Shown: positions 24,326 to 37,465 of the stretch, piece by piece
Numbering within the stretch: position 1 is the first letter of the stretch
Layout: the number at the start of each line of letters is the position of its first letter
Source: Octopus bimaculoides
Taxonomy: Eukaryota
Direction of reading: 5' to 3'
NCBI RefSeq assembly: GCF_001194135.2
Contig: NC_068996.1
Coordinates: 35,004,637 to 35,068,632, forward strand
DNA: 63,996 nt
Made by a program: the position numbers and the translations under genes
Notes under the pieces: model-generated
Seen by the model: only the letters and a program-made list of their open reading frames with translations
Told to the model about the DNA's origin: nothing
Database searches by the model: none

Positions 24326-24834
24326 TGGATTTGAAGGAGGAAACTGCTCATTATGGTCAAGAATGGCATTGAATTAAGGTCAGAGGAACTATGCATCAGT
24401 CTCTTGTCAGACACTGTCAAAGCAGGAATGGCAAGTACCCACATTGTAATATTTAGAAACTGACTTACTGAATTTAGGATCTTTAAATCTAATAGAGCCT
24501 CAGAAAAATATAGTGTCATAAACATTTTAAATTTTACTCAGTTCAACGATTAATTTAACAAAAAATAAATAAGAAAAAAAGAAATAATAATGTGACTTTC
24601 ACTGTATGGTTGAATCTTGCAACCTGAGTTGAAAGACTGGTTAATTGAAATTATCCAAGTCATTAGTAGATATAAACTCACACCAGGTTTGTTTAAAATC
24701 TAGAATTGAGTGAAATCTTTAGACAATAAAGACATAGATTGGACTGGATTTGATTTTGAAAACCAGCTGGTGAAAGTAAAGGACACTCCTAAGTGAAGAC
24801 ATAGTCTATTCTATCCAGTTGGCAAGAGTAAGAG

Positions 24835-24877
<43 letters not shown>

Positions 24878-25082
24878 TACATAATTGATCAGTACTTCTC
24901 CATTTTCTATTTTCTTTAAATTTTGATCCTTGATAAACCCATGTTTATCCTTGTCTTTACCTATAACTTGTTTGCATATGTATGTCCATGGTTAAACATA
25001 GGTAATATACTGGTAGTAATCCTTAAATGGTTATTTTAACCTCTAACTTCACTAACCTTATATATATATATATATATAACCC

Positions 25083-25176
25083 AAATAAGCAACAAGGATA
25101 TCCAGAGGTAATGCAGTACAATCGTTGCATGAAACGATTGTACTGCATTATGTCTGGATATCCTTGTTGCTTATTT
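25083..25176. other. Near-perfect palindrome: 44-bp arms, 6-nt loop
   Basis: aaataagcaacaaggatatccagaggtaatgcagtacaatcgtt-gcatga-aacgattgtactgcattatgtctggatatccttgttgcttattt; 42 of 44 positions are Watson-Crick pairs. Confidence 0.9.
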
Positions 25177-25288
25177 TGATTTTAATCACCTTACTTTGAA
25201 ATTGTATGGATAATACTGTACTGAATTCTGGTGCCTCAAATACTATATTCATCTGAAAATACACACACACATATATATAGAGAGATAG

Positions 25289-25410
<122 letters not shown>

Positions 25411-26789
25411 TAAATAGGCAGGCAGATAGGTAGATAGATAGATAGATTGCAGGCCGAGAGAAAATACCCAAGAGGTGGGGAGAGTATTCTGTATAGTAAA
25501 TACACAAACAGAAGTGAAAAACTGTGACTAGTTGGCATTATCTAAACAATTAGTAGATAAGAAAACCCTTTATGAGTTTTTATCATTTAAAAGCAAAAGA
25601 GTGAGAGAGTGGGGGGGGGAGAAGAGAGAGAGAGAGAGAGAGTTTCAATAAGATCAATTGATGGAAAGGAGAAGCATTCATGTTCTTAAGATTTCACTTT
25701 TGTTGGGTGGTAAATAAGTGAGGTGAAGGTTGAATTTCTTTTCCAAATCCCTCCCACCAACTTGTCTTTTTATTACAGTTCTAATTTCAGTTGGTTAAAA
25801 ACTATTTTTAACAACTCTTTGCAACCACAAGGTTTTGGGTTCAGTCCCATGGTCCATGGCATGGCACCTTGGGCAAATGTCTTCTACGCATAGTCCCTGG
25901 CTGACCAATGCTTTGTGGTAAATTTGGAAGATGGAAATTGTGTGAAAGCCTATTGTGTGTATATATTTTGTGTTTTTGTTTTATTCCTACCATCATTTGA
26001 CAACTGGTGTTGGTATGTTTATGCCCCTTAATTTAGTGGTTTGGCAAAAGAGACCAGTAGAATAAGTACCAGACTAAAAAAAGAACTGTATTGGGATCAA
26101 TTTGAATTAAACCTTTGAACTAAGTCTTTCAAGGCAGTGCCTCAGCATGACTATAATTCAATGATTGAAATAAGTCAAGCTAAATATACTACCCATAAGT
26201 CTGGTGATTTGTACATGACTATACATCTCTGTCTGTACCTCTCTCACAAACACATTCATGCAGGGCCTCCAAGAGAAATTTGGCAAAGCAAAACCAATTG
26301 TTTGGGCCCCAGAAAGAGTAGTCCTTTCCTGATACAAGGTAGCTGTGAGGTTTATTTCATTATTTTAGAGAAGGACTCAGTAAATAGTCACTGGCTGCTT
26401 CTTTGCTCACCAGAATCCCAGATTAATATCTTGATTGAACTGCTCCTCATCATAGGTCCTGAACATATAACTCAAAGTAAAGGAAGGCAAAATTAAATGT
26501 TTCTGTGATACTGACATCCTTTTACAACAAAACAAAGGAAAAGTAAAGATTTTGTATTTTTAATTACATAAACTGATTGTTAATTTATGCTTTTAAAATC
26601 TTTATTAACTCTACTGACACACATACACACAAGGAAGCTATAATGTGATGCACAAGCACTCAGCTCTGAGCATGCTACATTTTATAGCAGAAATGTCTGT
26701 AAGCTGATGAAGTCAATTACGTAATTTCTGTTCCTTTGTCACTTCCATAATTTCATATGCTCTATTCTTATCTAACAATATTTTTGATA

Positions 26790-26796
26790 GAGATAT

Positions 26797-26862
<66 letters not shown>

Positions 26863-27212
26863 GGAGATATATATATAGAGATAGGGATATATATATATAT
26901 ATATAGAGAGAGAGATAGGGAGATATATATGGAGAGATATATAGAGAGAGATAGGGAGATATATATAGAGAAAGATATATATAGAGATAGGGAGATATAT
27001 ATAGAGAGAGATAGGGAGATTATATATAGAGAGAGATAGGGAGATTATATATAGAGAGAGATAGGGAGATATATATAGAGAGAGATAGGGAGATATATAT
27101 AGAGAGATAGGGAGATTATATATAGAGAGATAGGGAGATATATATAGAGAGAGATAGGGAGAGAGAGAGGTGGAGAGAGAGAGATAGAGAGAGGGGGGGA
27201 GAGAGAGAGAGA

Positions 27213-27251
<39 letters not shown>

Positions 27252-27254
27252 GGG

Positions 27255-27307
<53 letters not shown>

Positions 27308-27345
27308 TGGGAGGTATAGAAAATATATAGATACATAGATATATA
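26790..27345. repeat. Compound (AG/AT) minisatellite, unit about gagagatagggagatatatata
   Basis: Direct sequence. Confidence 0.9.
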
Positions 27346-28553
27346 GACAGACTGTTTTCATCTTGTGAAAATAGTTTCATTTCTCATTTGTGTGTCCCTC
27401 AATTTCACTTGTATTGAATTAATTTCTTCACAGGTCATACAAATACATTGAAAAACAGCATTATCTATGAAAATAATCAGTTTAAACATTCAGTTGCTAA
27501 TTAATTACACCTCTTGATTTATTAATAACATCTTTTTAAAATTAAAAAAAAATTTCAATAAGCTAATGTATAAAGGTAAAGGAACTTTACATTAAATCTT
27601 AAATAAATTTCTTCAATAAAGGTTAGGGAATGCTGGAAGTTTACCAATATTATTCCTAACCATTTATCCTGGACCGTCCTGTTTCTTTTTCTAAGACCTG
27701 TTTAGAACTACATTACCAATAATTATTATAATGTAGATGTCCTTTCTGTTTACAAGATGGTATAGTGTAATTTGAAGATTTGGTTGCTATTTCTAGCATG
27801 TTGATCGACCACATAAGGGTTGATGTAACGGGGTGGAAGGTGTTGACTTACAGGTGTGAATATATTGGTGTGTATGTGTGTGCGTGTGTATACGGTCATT
27901 TGTCAAGCTCTCTACAAGAGACGCATTGCTCTGTTATATTTAGTGATAAACAGAGTAAACAAAAGTTGCCATTTGTTTAGCAATATTTAGAACAACAGTA
28001 ACATTTAGCTGACATTTTACCACCACCACCACCATTACGACTATCGCTATCATCACCACCACACCACTATCGCCCTCATCACCGCCTTCATTATGACTAT
28101 TGCCATCGTCCCCTTCACCACTACCATCTTCATTATGACTGTCGCCATCACCTTCACAAGAAAATTACCACCAGCACCACTACCACCGTCAAGAGTAAGT
28201 TATTTACACGGTCAATAAAGAAGTTTATGTAGTTGCCTTACACGCTAGAAATAGCAGCAAAATCTCCCTTAAATCATACCTTACTCTCTTCAAAAAGGGA
28301 AAATATACAGAATAATGATACACAATGTTAAAATAAAACAAAATAAAATAAAATGAAATAAACTGAATGGTGATGACTTGGAATATTTTGACCGAAAGTT
28401 TGTTGAGTCAGGGCTGACCTAAGATTAAACAGTTGTTTTCACACATCGTCATAACAGAAAGTAACATCACACACACACACACACACACACACGTATGTGC
28501 GTATAAAGATGCAATCACTCACACACGCGGAATATATCGATCAGTTTCCTTAC

Positions 28554-28629
28554 CCTGATTTAACATGTCATCAATACATCGTATAAAACACCACGAAGCA
28601 GGGCGTGGAATTCGCCGACGTTTCTCCAT
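28554..28629 (-). CDS. Candidate alternative first coding exon, MEKRRRIPRPASWCFIRCIDDMLNQ plus phase-1 G
   Basis: ATG in good context (acaATGG) at 28629 with an in-frame TAA upstream. 25 codons plus 1 nt, then CAGG|gtaagg. Phase fits the 3993 acceptor, and the exon lies in a visibly CpG-rich region. Confidence 0.55.
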
Positions 28630-29600
28630 TGTGTAACACCAAATGCAACAAATAACAGCCACAACAGTAATAGAATCAATAATTTATCCAACTTCCAGAA
28701 ACTTCAGTTGAGGTTAATTCTAATTGCAGACCCTTTTTTTTTTTTTTTTTTTTTTTCAAATAATAAATGGTTGTTTTAAAGAAGCACAATAATTAATGAG
28801 TTAATAATTACTCAATAATTATTTTCTGTTATGTCTCTTAGACAAGACACTCAACTACTATCTTATGGTTTCATGACAAATTAGTTAATCACCATCACGA
28901 TCATGAATTTCTCTGCAACAGATATTTTCAGGAGAAATGTAGAATAACCCATTGGTAAAGATTTTAACAAAGATATTGGTCTCAGGACAATAACAATAAT
29001 AATTATTATTCCATTTAGTTAAATTACAATAAACGTTCTCTTTCTCGTATTTTTCTATCCGTAAGAGATTTCCGATAATTATGATCTTTCATCTGCAAAG
29101 TGTTCGAATGTTGGCAGGAAATACCGAAAAACAATCCTTTTCGTTTTTGGTTTATCCAATTGATAAATCAAGAAGATAAAGATCGAGAAGTTTTTTTTAC
29201 AAAGAGATGTCACTGTTGAGGATGCGAACAAGGCGAACTCGAAGAACCAAAGAGCAATATTAAAGAAATATTGTATAATGAAGGGAATTGGTGATTAAAC
29301 CGGTATTCCGCAATGTGCGAAGAAAGATGATTTCGGTTGGATTTAAATTCTGAGAAGAGAAGCACCGAATATTGGTTCAGACAATAAAACAAAGAACTTA
29401 TAGTCCGGTATCGTAGAATGTGGCACCAACGACGCGTATTTTATAATATATCAAGGAATGGATTTTAGAATGGGTTCCAGTGAATAGTGAAACAAAACCA
29501 CCAGCTAACCATTCTGTTGGCAAACAACATCAACAATCTGACTGTTTGCCAATAACGACCTTACTGTATTTTAAAGTCAGTCGGGTGCGTGTGTATATGT

Positions 29601-29678
29601 GTGTATGTGTAGTTGCGGGTATGTCGTAGTGTGTGTGTATGTGTAGTTGCGGGTATGTCGTAGTGTGTGTGTATGTGT
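29601..29678. repeat. 34-bp tandem repeat, just over two copies, CpG-containing
   Basis: gtgtatgtgtagttgcgggtatgtcgtagtgtgt occurs twice. Confidence 0.85.
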
Positions 29679-31519
29679 GTGTACTAACTGACTGACTGAT
29701 AACTGTTGTGTGTGTGTGTGTATTAACTGTCCGATAACTGTGTGTGTGTGTGTGTGTGTATTGTATAGACAAAGAATACGTCTGTATGGGAATGTGTATG
29801 TAGGGGAGAGTTTTGTGTAAGTTTGTTTTTAATTGTATGTTAGTATGTGTGTCAGCGAATTATGTATGGTGAGTGTACGGGTTCTGCGATATCAACTGTT
29901 AAGTCAACAGCTACACCCAAGACTTGAAGTAGTTTTCATAATGGGAATGGCTCGCATCGAAGAGGGAGGGCGAGGGAAAGATTAAACACACACACTGCAG
30001 CCTTTATTTTTTTCTATTTTTTCAGAAGTAGGATTAACAAAACTTTTGCACCACTTCTTTACTTTTGAATAACTGCCAAGACCGTAATTCTAATAGGGAC
30101 AGAGAATGTGTGAGTGTGTAGTGAGAAGGGATAGGGAATGGGAGGGAGAGAAGGAGGAAAACAGGTAATCAACGTGAAAAAAGCATTTCCAGAATTACTA
30201 TTTTGTCCTTCACTCTCATCTATAACCTAAAACCTGTATCTGCACCAAGTACCGGCAGATACGGTATATACAAGGAATGAAGGACAACGATGGCGACACA
30301 ATAGAAATAAGACTGAATAAGCACACACAGACACATTCCTGTACACTAAGCTGTGGCCATTTAAGACAAATGACTAAAGCATGTTGTCTGATGCACTACT
30401 AGCCTACAAACAACATTTTTATTTAATAATAATAATAATAGTAATAATAATAACAATCATTCGTTCTACTATGGGTAAAAAGCCTGAAATTTTGGGCGAT
30501 GGGCGCTAGTGGCTATCCCATTACATTGACCCCGGTGCTTGACTGGTACTTATTTTATCAATCCTGAAAGGATGAAAGGCGAAGTCGACCTCAGTGGAAT
30601 CTGAGCTCAGCACATAAAAACGGTCGAAATAACAATGATTATAATCTACGTTACTACTATTTCCATATATTTTCTTTTTGTTGTCTGGCACAAGGCCAGT
30701 TTTCATGTGGAAGAAATAATACAGTCAGTGTGACATGTTTATACAGGTTGTCTCCTTCACTGACCGACAATTCTGGGGGAAAAGCAGAGACAGAGTTTAG
30801 TGTATGGAATTTTGGCAAGCACTTTAATGCACTCCACCAGTTGGACAAATGTCAGGTGGTAAGTCGACCATCATATTATTAGAGAAGGTGGCGAGCTGGC
30901 AGAATCGTTAGCATGTCAGACATAATTGCATAGTGGTGTTTCTTCCAGTTCTTTATGTTTTGAGTTTGACTTGAGATTGACTTTGCCTTTCAACCTTTCA
31001 GGGTCAATAGAATAATTATCAGATTGATGTAATCAATTACCCAGTCTCTCAAATTTCAGGAATTATTAGAGAAGGTAAGTGCAGTAGTGTAAAGTGGGTT
31101 GTACAAAACCATACATGATGGCCACATTATAAATGTATTTTGTTATAGTGGAAGGACTGTTATATTTATGATATGGGGGCCAAAACTTACTTTAAGCTAC
31201 TGAGTGAGTGAGTGAAGAATATATAAACAACGAAGGCCTGAGAATGACTTTGGGTAACGAAGACAATCTCTGCAGTATCTTCTGAAGGATTTTCAGGCCA
31301 AGAATTATGGACAATTCCCAAAATACTTAAGCAGGCAGTGCCAGAAGTGTCTTTAGCTGTTTGGCACAGCCATGATGAAATCTTCAGAAACTGAAACTGT
31401 ATAAGAAACAGGTGACAAAGCTGTCTGGCATATACTTGTTTAATGTCTATATATTAATAATTTGTGGCTTTATATCACAAAGCTGGGTATTGATTTAATA
31501 TATCATTATTATTATTATT

Positions 31520-32215
31520 ATTAAGGTGGTAAGCTGTCAGAATTGTTACCATGTTCGACAAAATGCTTAGAGGCATTTTTTTCAGTATTCTTACATTCTC
31601 AGCTCAAATCACATCAAGGTCAACTATGTCTTCTGTCTTTTTGGAGTTGATAAATGAAATAAAGTACCAGTCAAAAATTACTTGGGCTGATGTAATTGAC
31701 TGACCCTTCTATCCCTAAAATTACTGGCTTTGTGCCACAATTTGAAACAATTATTTTTAAGGTGGCAAGCTGGTAGAATCATTTAATGCGTTGGACAAAA
31801 TGCTTATCAGTATTTCTTCTGGCTTGTCAAATTCCATCAAGGTTGACTTTGCCTTTCATCCTTAAGGAGTCAATAAAATAAGTACCAGGTGAGCACTGAG
31901 GTAGATGTAATTGATAAGACCCCTCCCACAAAATTTCAGGACTTGTGCCTATTGCAGAAAGGATTATTATTATTAAATATCATATAAGGGTGGCAAAACG
32001 GTGAAATTATTACAACACTGGAAAAAATATGTTGTGTTGTGGTATTTGTTTGGTCTTATATTTTATGTTCCGAGTTCAAATCTTGCTGAGCTTAACCATG
32101 CTTTTCATTGTTTCCAGGGTCATAAAATAAAATATGGATCAGTGGTATTGACTGAGTGACACCTCTTCTCCCTAAAAAATTGTTAACCTGGTGCCTAAAT
32201 TTGAAAAGTCAATCC
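31520..32215 (+). mobile_element. Head-to-tail array of three family A SINEs
   Basis: Three aaggtgg..agctg.cagaa heads separated by (ATT)n tails. Confidence 0.75.
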
Positions 32216-32864
32216 TAGTGTGATTTGAATTCAGAACCAGTGTCATCTTAAGGCATGGGCACATTGAGCAGTTGTCAGGGAGCTCCAACAGGTGTAGGGA
32301 CCCCACAGTTCTAATCTATGTATGCTGTGGCTTGTTGTCAATAAATGAATTACTATAGTACCCATTGCACTGATTTGCTCAGGAACCTATAATACTGTTA
32401 ATAAGATGGACCTGTTCAAAGATAAAAAGGAAGAAAAATAAAATAGAAGTTTCTTTTACATACACACACACACAAGAAAACCTTCCTTTATTTTAGGGAG
32501 AGGAGAAACTGCTTATGCTAATTCTTTTAGTAATGGTTTCTTAACAAAACACAAGGCATGTTCCTTTGGTGGGAAAATTGATTTCATTAAGTAACCGTCA
32601 TTTATTTCATCAATCCTCAAGGATCAATAAACTAGGTTGACTATAGATATTTGAATAGTAAACATAAAGGGGTATTACTACTAAATACTGTATGTGCGTA
32701 GATACATAATCCTTCAATACTATTTGATCTACCACACTGAAATATATTATGCAGACCATGGAGGGCTGAAACAAATTTGACCTGGTCAGAATTTCAGCCT
32801 GGAGCTATAGATACTGTCAAGCATCTAAGCCTGATATTCAACCATTTTTGCTACTCTGTGGAGC

Positions 32865-33382
32865 GCTAAGAGCACCGTTCAAGCGTGATCATTGCCAGAG
32901 CAGCTGTTTGGCTTCCATGCCAGTGGCACGTAAATAGCACCATTTCAGCGTGATCGTTACCAGCATCGCCTTCCTGGCACTTGTGCTGATGGCACGTGAA
33001 AAGACATTCAAGCGAGATCGTTACCAGTGCCGCTGGACTGGCTCCTGTGCAGGTGGCACGTAAAATACACCAGTTTGCCAGTACCGCCTGACTGGCCTTT
33101 GTGCCGGTGGCACGTAAAAGCACCCACTACACTCTCGGAATGGTTGGCGTTAGGAAGGGCATCCAGCTGTAGAAACTCTGCCNNNNNNNNNNCCGGTGGC
33201 ACGTAAAAGCACCCACTACACTCTCGGAATGGTTGGCGTTAGGAAGGGCATCCAGCTGTAGAAACTCTGCCAAATCAGATTGGAGCCTGGTGTAGCCATC
33301 TGGTTCACCAGTCCTCAGTCAAATCGTCCAACCCATGCTAGCATGGAAGGCGGACGTTAAACGATGATGATGATGATGATGA
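32865..33382 (+). mobile_element. Young RTE LINE 3' UTR with tandem ~60-bp units and (GAT)n tail
   Basis: Closely similar to 1-388; gtggcacgtaaa recurs about five times; CpGs are retained. Confidence 0.8.
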
Positions 33383-34209
33383 GTCATTTTATTGCTAATA
33401 GATGAATTCACGCTTTGGTGGTAGATTTTTTCCATCTGCTATAACAGCACCAATTGAACATTGGGTGACTTTAATGGAATCAATTCTGTTCTAAACATAT
33501 GGACTAACTCCCACTTTTTCTTCTGGTAATTTCAGTGGCTCTGAAAAGGGTCATAGATTCTGCCCTTCCCTCTTTGACTAACCAGTACTCCATTTCCGCT
33601 TGGAATACCATTCATTTCCAGTTTTGGCATATAGCCACTGTTGGTAATAGCAGTCATCAATTGATCTACATTGTAAATGTATTAATCATTGGTTATTGAG
33701 TGACGAAAGAACACTGAAAGACAAACAGAAACCAGACAGAGAACTGAGATATCTGCACCAATCTGCACAAACTGAAATGATTATTATTGTTGTTGCTGTT
33801 ATTATTATTATTATTCACCCATGCTAGCATGGAAGGCAGACATTAAACGATGATGATGAATATATTCATATTGTTTCAGTCCACTCAGCTGGCAAAAATG
33901 AGTAATCCAGCAATGAGCTGGCAGCCTGTCCAGTGGAGAATATATATGCCACAAAAATTGGGAAACTGGCCCTATGAGTCAATATGATTCAGGAAGGAAC
34001 TTAAAGTGGTGAGCTAGCAGAATTGTTAGCCCACTGAGCAAAATGCTTAGCAGCATTTTGTCCATCTTTATGTTCTGAGTTCAACTTTGCTTTTCATCCT
34101 TTCGGGGTCGATAAATTAAGTACTAGTGAAACACTGAAGGTTGATGTAATTGACTAGTCCCATCCCTCAAAATTTCAGGCCTTGTACCTACAGTAGTAAG
34201 AACTATCAT

Positions 34210-35345
34210 TATTATTATTGAGTGAGAGCAGTGCACGCCAAAGTTACACTGGGGTACAAATATATGGAGCCCACTGGGGTCAATGTAATCGACTAGTCCC
34301 TTCCCACCAAAATTTCAAAGCCTTGTGCTTTCAGTAGAAAGAATTATTATTGTTATTGAGTGAGAGAGCAGAGCATATCATCAAAATGACACCGGGGTAT
34401 AAATATACGAAGTCCAGTATACCCGTCATGAATACCCGTCTGATAAGGGTACACCAGGCACATGCATCACAACCATATGTGTGCAACATAGTGATCTTGC
34501 AGGCGGGGCCCAGTTAGAATTTTCTTTGGGTTGAGTAGCCCATCCCACTCAAAAGGTTCCTGAATAAGGGTTGTTTAAGGATGCTGAATGAAACACCCAT
34601 GTTTCCAGAGGTAAATTATTCAAACCTTAAAGAATTCCTCTCAACACATGGCTATGATGCTCCCCCACTACTTCTGTTCATGATAAGAGATGCACATATC
34701 ATCAGCCACTAAGGTACATGTTCAACTGGTTACGGTCAAGCATTTGACAAGCAAATCTGTGGTAGTAAGCAGAATATTTATTGTAGCCCATTTTTTTACA
34801 CCAAGACAAAACATAACACTTACAATCAGTTTAAAAGAATTATTTTTTTTAAAGCATTCACTTGTTACAAGGTCCTTAGGCCACTGAAAACGTAAGAGCT
34901 ACTAGAATAAAATGGATGCTAGACACAGGTGACAATGTACCTTAGACTTAAAAGACTGGAGGTCATATTGAAGAGGAAAACAAGACTGTGGAGGGGAATT
35001 CCAAAGTTCAGAGGTGCAAGAGAAGAAACTGGTATTGTAATGCTTTACGACACTTAGGAGGTTGACCAGTATACTGATGAGAACTGGATGCTAGTCTAGT
35101 TGATCACTGATAAGTTCTTAAAGGAGGAATCGGAGAAGGGAGCTCAGCTGAACAATGTCTATGAAAATACTTAGAGAAAAAGAGACAAGGAAGCCACACA
35201 ATGACGATGAGAGAGTGAATCCAATTTAGAAGATAGATCAGGATCAATGGTATCACAAATACGGTATTGAATGCGGTCCAACAGAGTTAAACAATCTACA
35301 GGAGCAAAAACCATGAGAGCCAGTGCCTTGTATTGCATTAGGGCA
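34210..35345 (-). mobile_element. Second copy of the ~560-bp (AAT)n element, split by a CR1 insertion
   Basis: Minus strand starts gaatgccctaatgcaatacaaggcactggctctcatgg and resumes ttaaactgattgtaagtgttatg...gctctctcactcaataataa. Confidence 0.7.
34841..35305 (-). mobile_element. 5'-truncated CR1 (Zenon-like) LINE 3' end
   Basis: APVDCLTLLDRIQ...LDSLSHRHCVASLSL...YNTSFFSCTSELWNS...YDLQSFKSKV, followed by an A-rich tail. Confidence 0.75.
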
Positions 35346-35346
35346 T

Positions 35347-35393
<47 letters not shown>

Positions 35394-35394
35394 T

Positions 35395-36080
35395 AGGTAA
35401 TGAGCTGGCAGAATTGTAAGTAAGTCAGACAAAATGCTTGGCAACATTTCATCTGCATTTACATTCTAAGATCAAATTCCACTGAGGTTGATTTTGCCTT
35501 CAATTCTTTCAGGGTCAATGAAGTAAATANNNNNNNNNNNNNNNNNNNNNNNNNNNNNNNNNNNNNNNNNNNNNNNNNNNNNNNNNNNNNNNNNNNNNNN
35601 NNNNNNNNNTGTCGATAACAGAAAGGATTTTTATTATGGTTCAGGCAGTGAGCTAGCAGAATTGTACACTAACTGGACAAAATATTTAGTGGCAATTCAT
35701 CTATCTTTACGCTCTGAGTTCAAATTTTGCTGAAATTGACTTTGCTTTTTGGGTTGATAAAATAGGTACCAGATGAATTTGAGAGAAGAAGGTTTTTACT
35801 GACTACTCCACCCCTCACAATTGATGGCTCTATGCCAAAATTAGAAAGGATTATTATTATTATAATTAAGGTGACAAGTTGGCAGAATCGTTAGCAGGCT
35901 GGATCAAATGCTTAGTGGCATTTTGCCCATTTTTTATTCTCTGAGTTCTAATTCTGCCGAGACTGACTTTGCATTTTATTCTTTCAGGTTGATCAACTAA
36001 GTACCAGTTCGGCACTGTGATCGATGTAATCACTTAGTCCTTTCCCTCTAAATTTCAGGCCTTGTGCCTAAATCAGAAAC
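35395..36080 (+). mobile_element. Head-to-tail array of three family A SINEs (contains a gap)
   Basis: Heads at about 35395, 35642 and 35868. Confidence 0.7.
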
Positions 36081-36470
36081 CACCATAATTTTATATGTCT
36101 GCTTTCCATGCTGGCATGGTTTGGCTGGGTTGTCAAAGATTAAGCTCCTTCCTACCAGAAGCTACCGCTTTCACAGATAGGTGCTTGTGTTATTTTCATT
36201 TGTTTCCTATACCTGAATGCCTTTCATAGTACCATCTGGTTTACAAAATCTACTGTATATATTTTATCATGGTGCCAACATCAAAAGGTTTATAAGATCA
36301 GCCCTCACCCGTTTGGTCCTAGTCATTTTCAATCTTCTAACTGGTTCTACTAACTTGGAACATTCAGCACTTTCCTATGCAGCAGCCATCCTCCAGATGC
36401 ATGACATAACCATATTAAGCAGCCTTCTCTGGTATACACACATTCATAGTATATATATCATCACACACAC

Positions 36471-36543
<73 letters not shown>

Positions 36544-37369
36544 ATATATATATATTTATTATTTATATACACACACATGTATGTGTGTGTGTGCATGTTT
36601 GAGTTTTTGCATTCATAACAGTGGTGGGAAATTTGAAAAAGAGGAAAAAATGGGGATTTTGCTAGAGTCAACAAAAATAACAGACATGAAACAAATGAGG
36701 ATTATGGAAACAGTCCAAGCAAAGTTCTACAGCTGCAATATATTCTAATGGAAATATTAATCCCTTTGGGAGTTTATTTTATAAATGAAGTCTAATTGGG
36801 AAAACATTTAAAATAATATTTTCATATTTAATTTGGGAGGTTACATGTTGGCTACCATTTGTGAAGAGGATGAGAGAGAGAGAGAGAGCTATGAAGAATA
36901 TATACATATGCATAACTGTATGTGTGTGTGTGCGTATGAATGATTATTATAATTTCTCCTTTTGGCTCAGTTTATGTAGTAAGGTTTTGAATTGTTGAAC
37001 CTATCTGATTTCTCATCTCTAATTTAAAATATATGAATAAAATGTATATATGTTGTGTGTGTATGTGTATAGGTGCAGGTGTGACTGTGTGGTAAGAAGT
37101 TTGCCTTCCAACAATATGGTTCCAGGTTCAGTCTCATTGCGTGGCACTTTGGGTATTTTCAACTATAGCCTAAAGCTAAACAAAGCTTTGAGTAGATTTG
37201 GGAAACAAAAACTGAAAGAGCTATGAAACTGTGCCAAAAGTGCAGGCAGTATGCTGAGAATCAACAAAGGGTTCAACAATGAATTTAGCATGTTGGTGTT
37301 TGTTAGGCTCAGTCTTAAGTCCTCATGTCCTGCTATAGTTATTTGGGGGTTACAACAGAGGAATATTAA

Positions 37370-37465
37370 TGAGCTGAGAGAAAAACTGGATATAAGAGGA
37401 ATCAGATGTGTACAAGAGAGAAGAATGCATTGCTAGAGACATGTGATTTGTATAGGGGATGAGGG
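37370..37465 (+). mobile_element. Short RTE ORF2 remnant
   Basis: ELREKLDIRGIRCVQERR. Confidence 0.6.

Larger units (their letters stand above)
27750..30300. promoter_or_regulatory. CpG-rich putative internal promoter / 5' UTR region for the short isoform
   Basis: CpG is visibly more frequent than in the CpG-depleted flanks (e.g. cacgcgg, ggcgtggaattcgccgacg, gacgcgt) and SINEs are largely absent. Inr-like TCAGTC/TCAGTT motifs occur on the minus strand near 29685-29705. Judged by eye, not computed. Confidence 0.5.

Noticed and set aside
33106-33272. Identical ~78-nt direct repeat on either side of a 10-N gap
   Set aside because: Most likely an unmerged contig overlap, not a real duplication.
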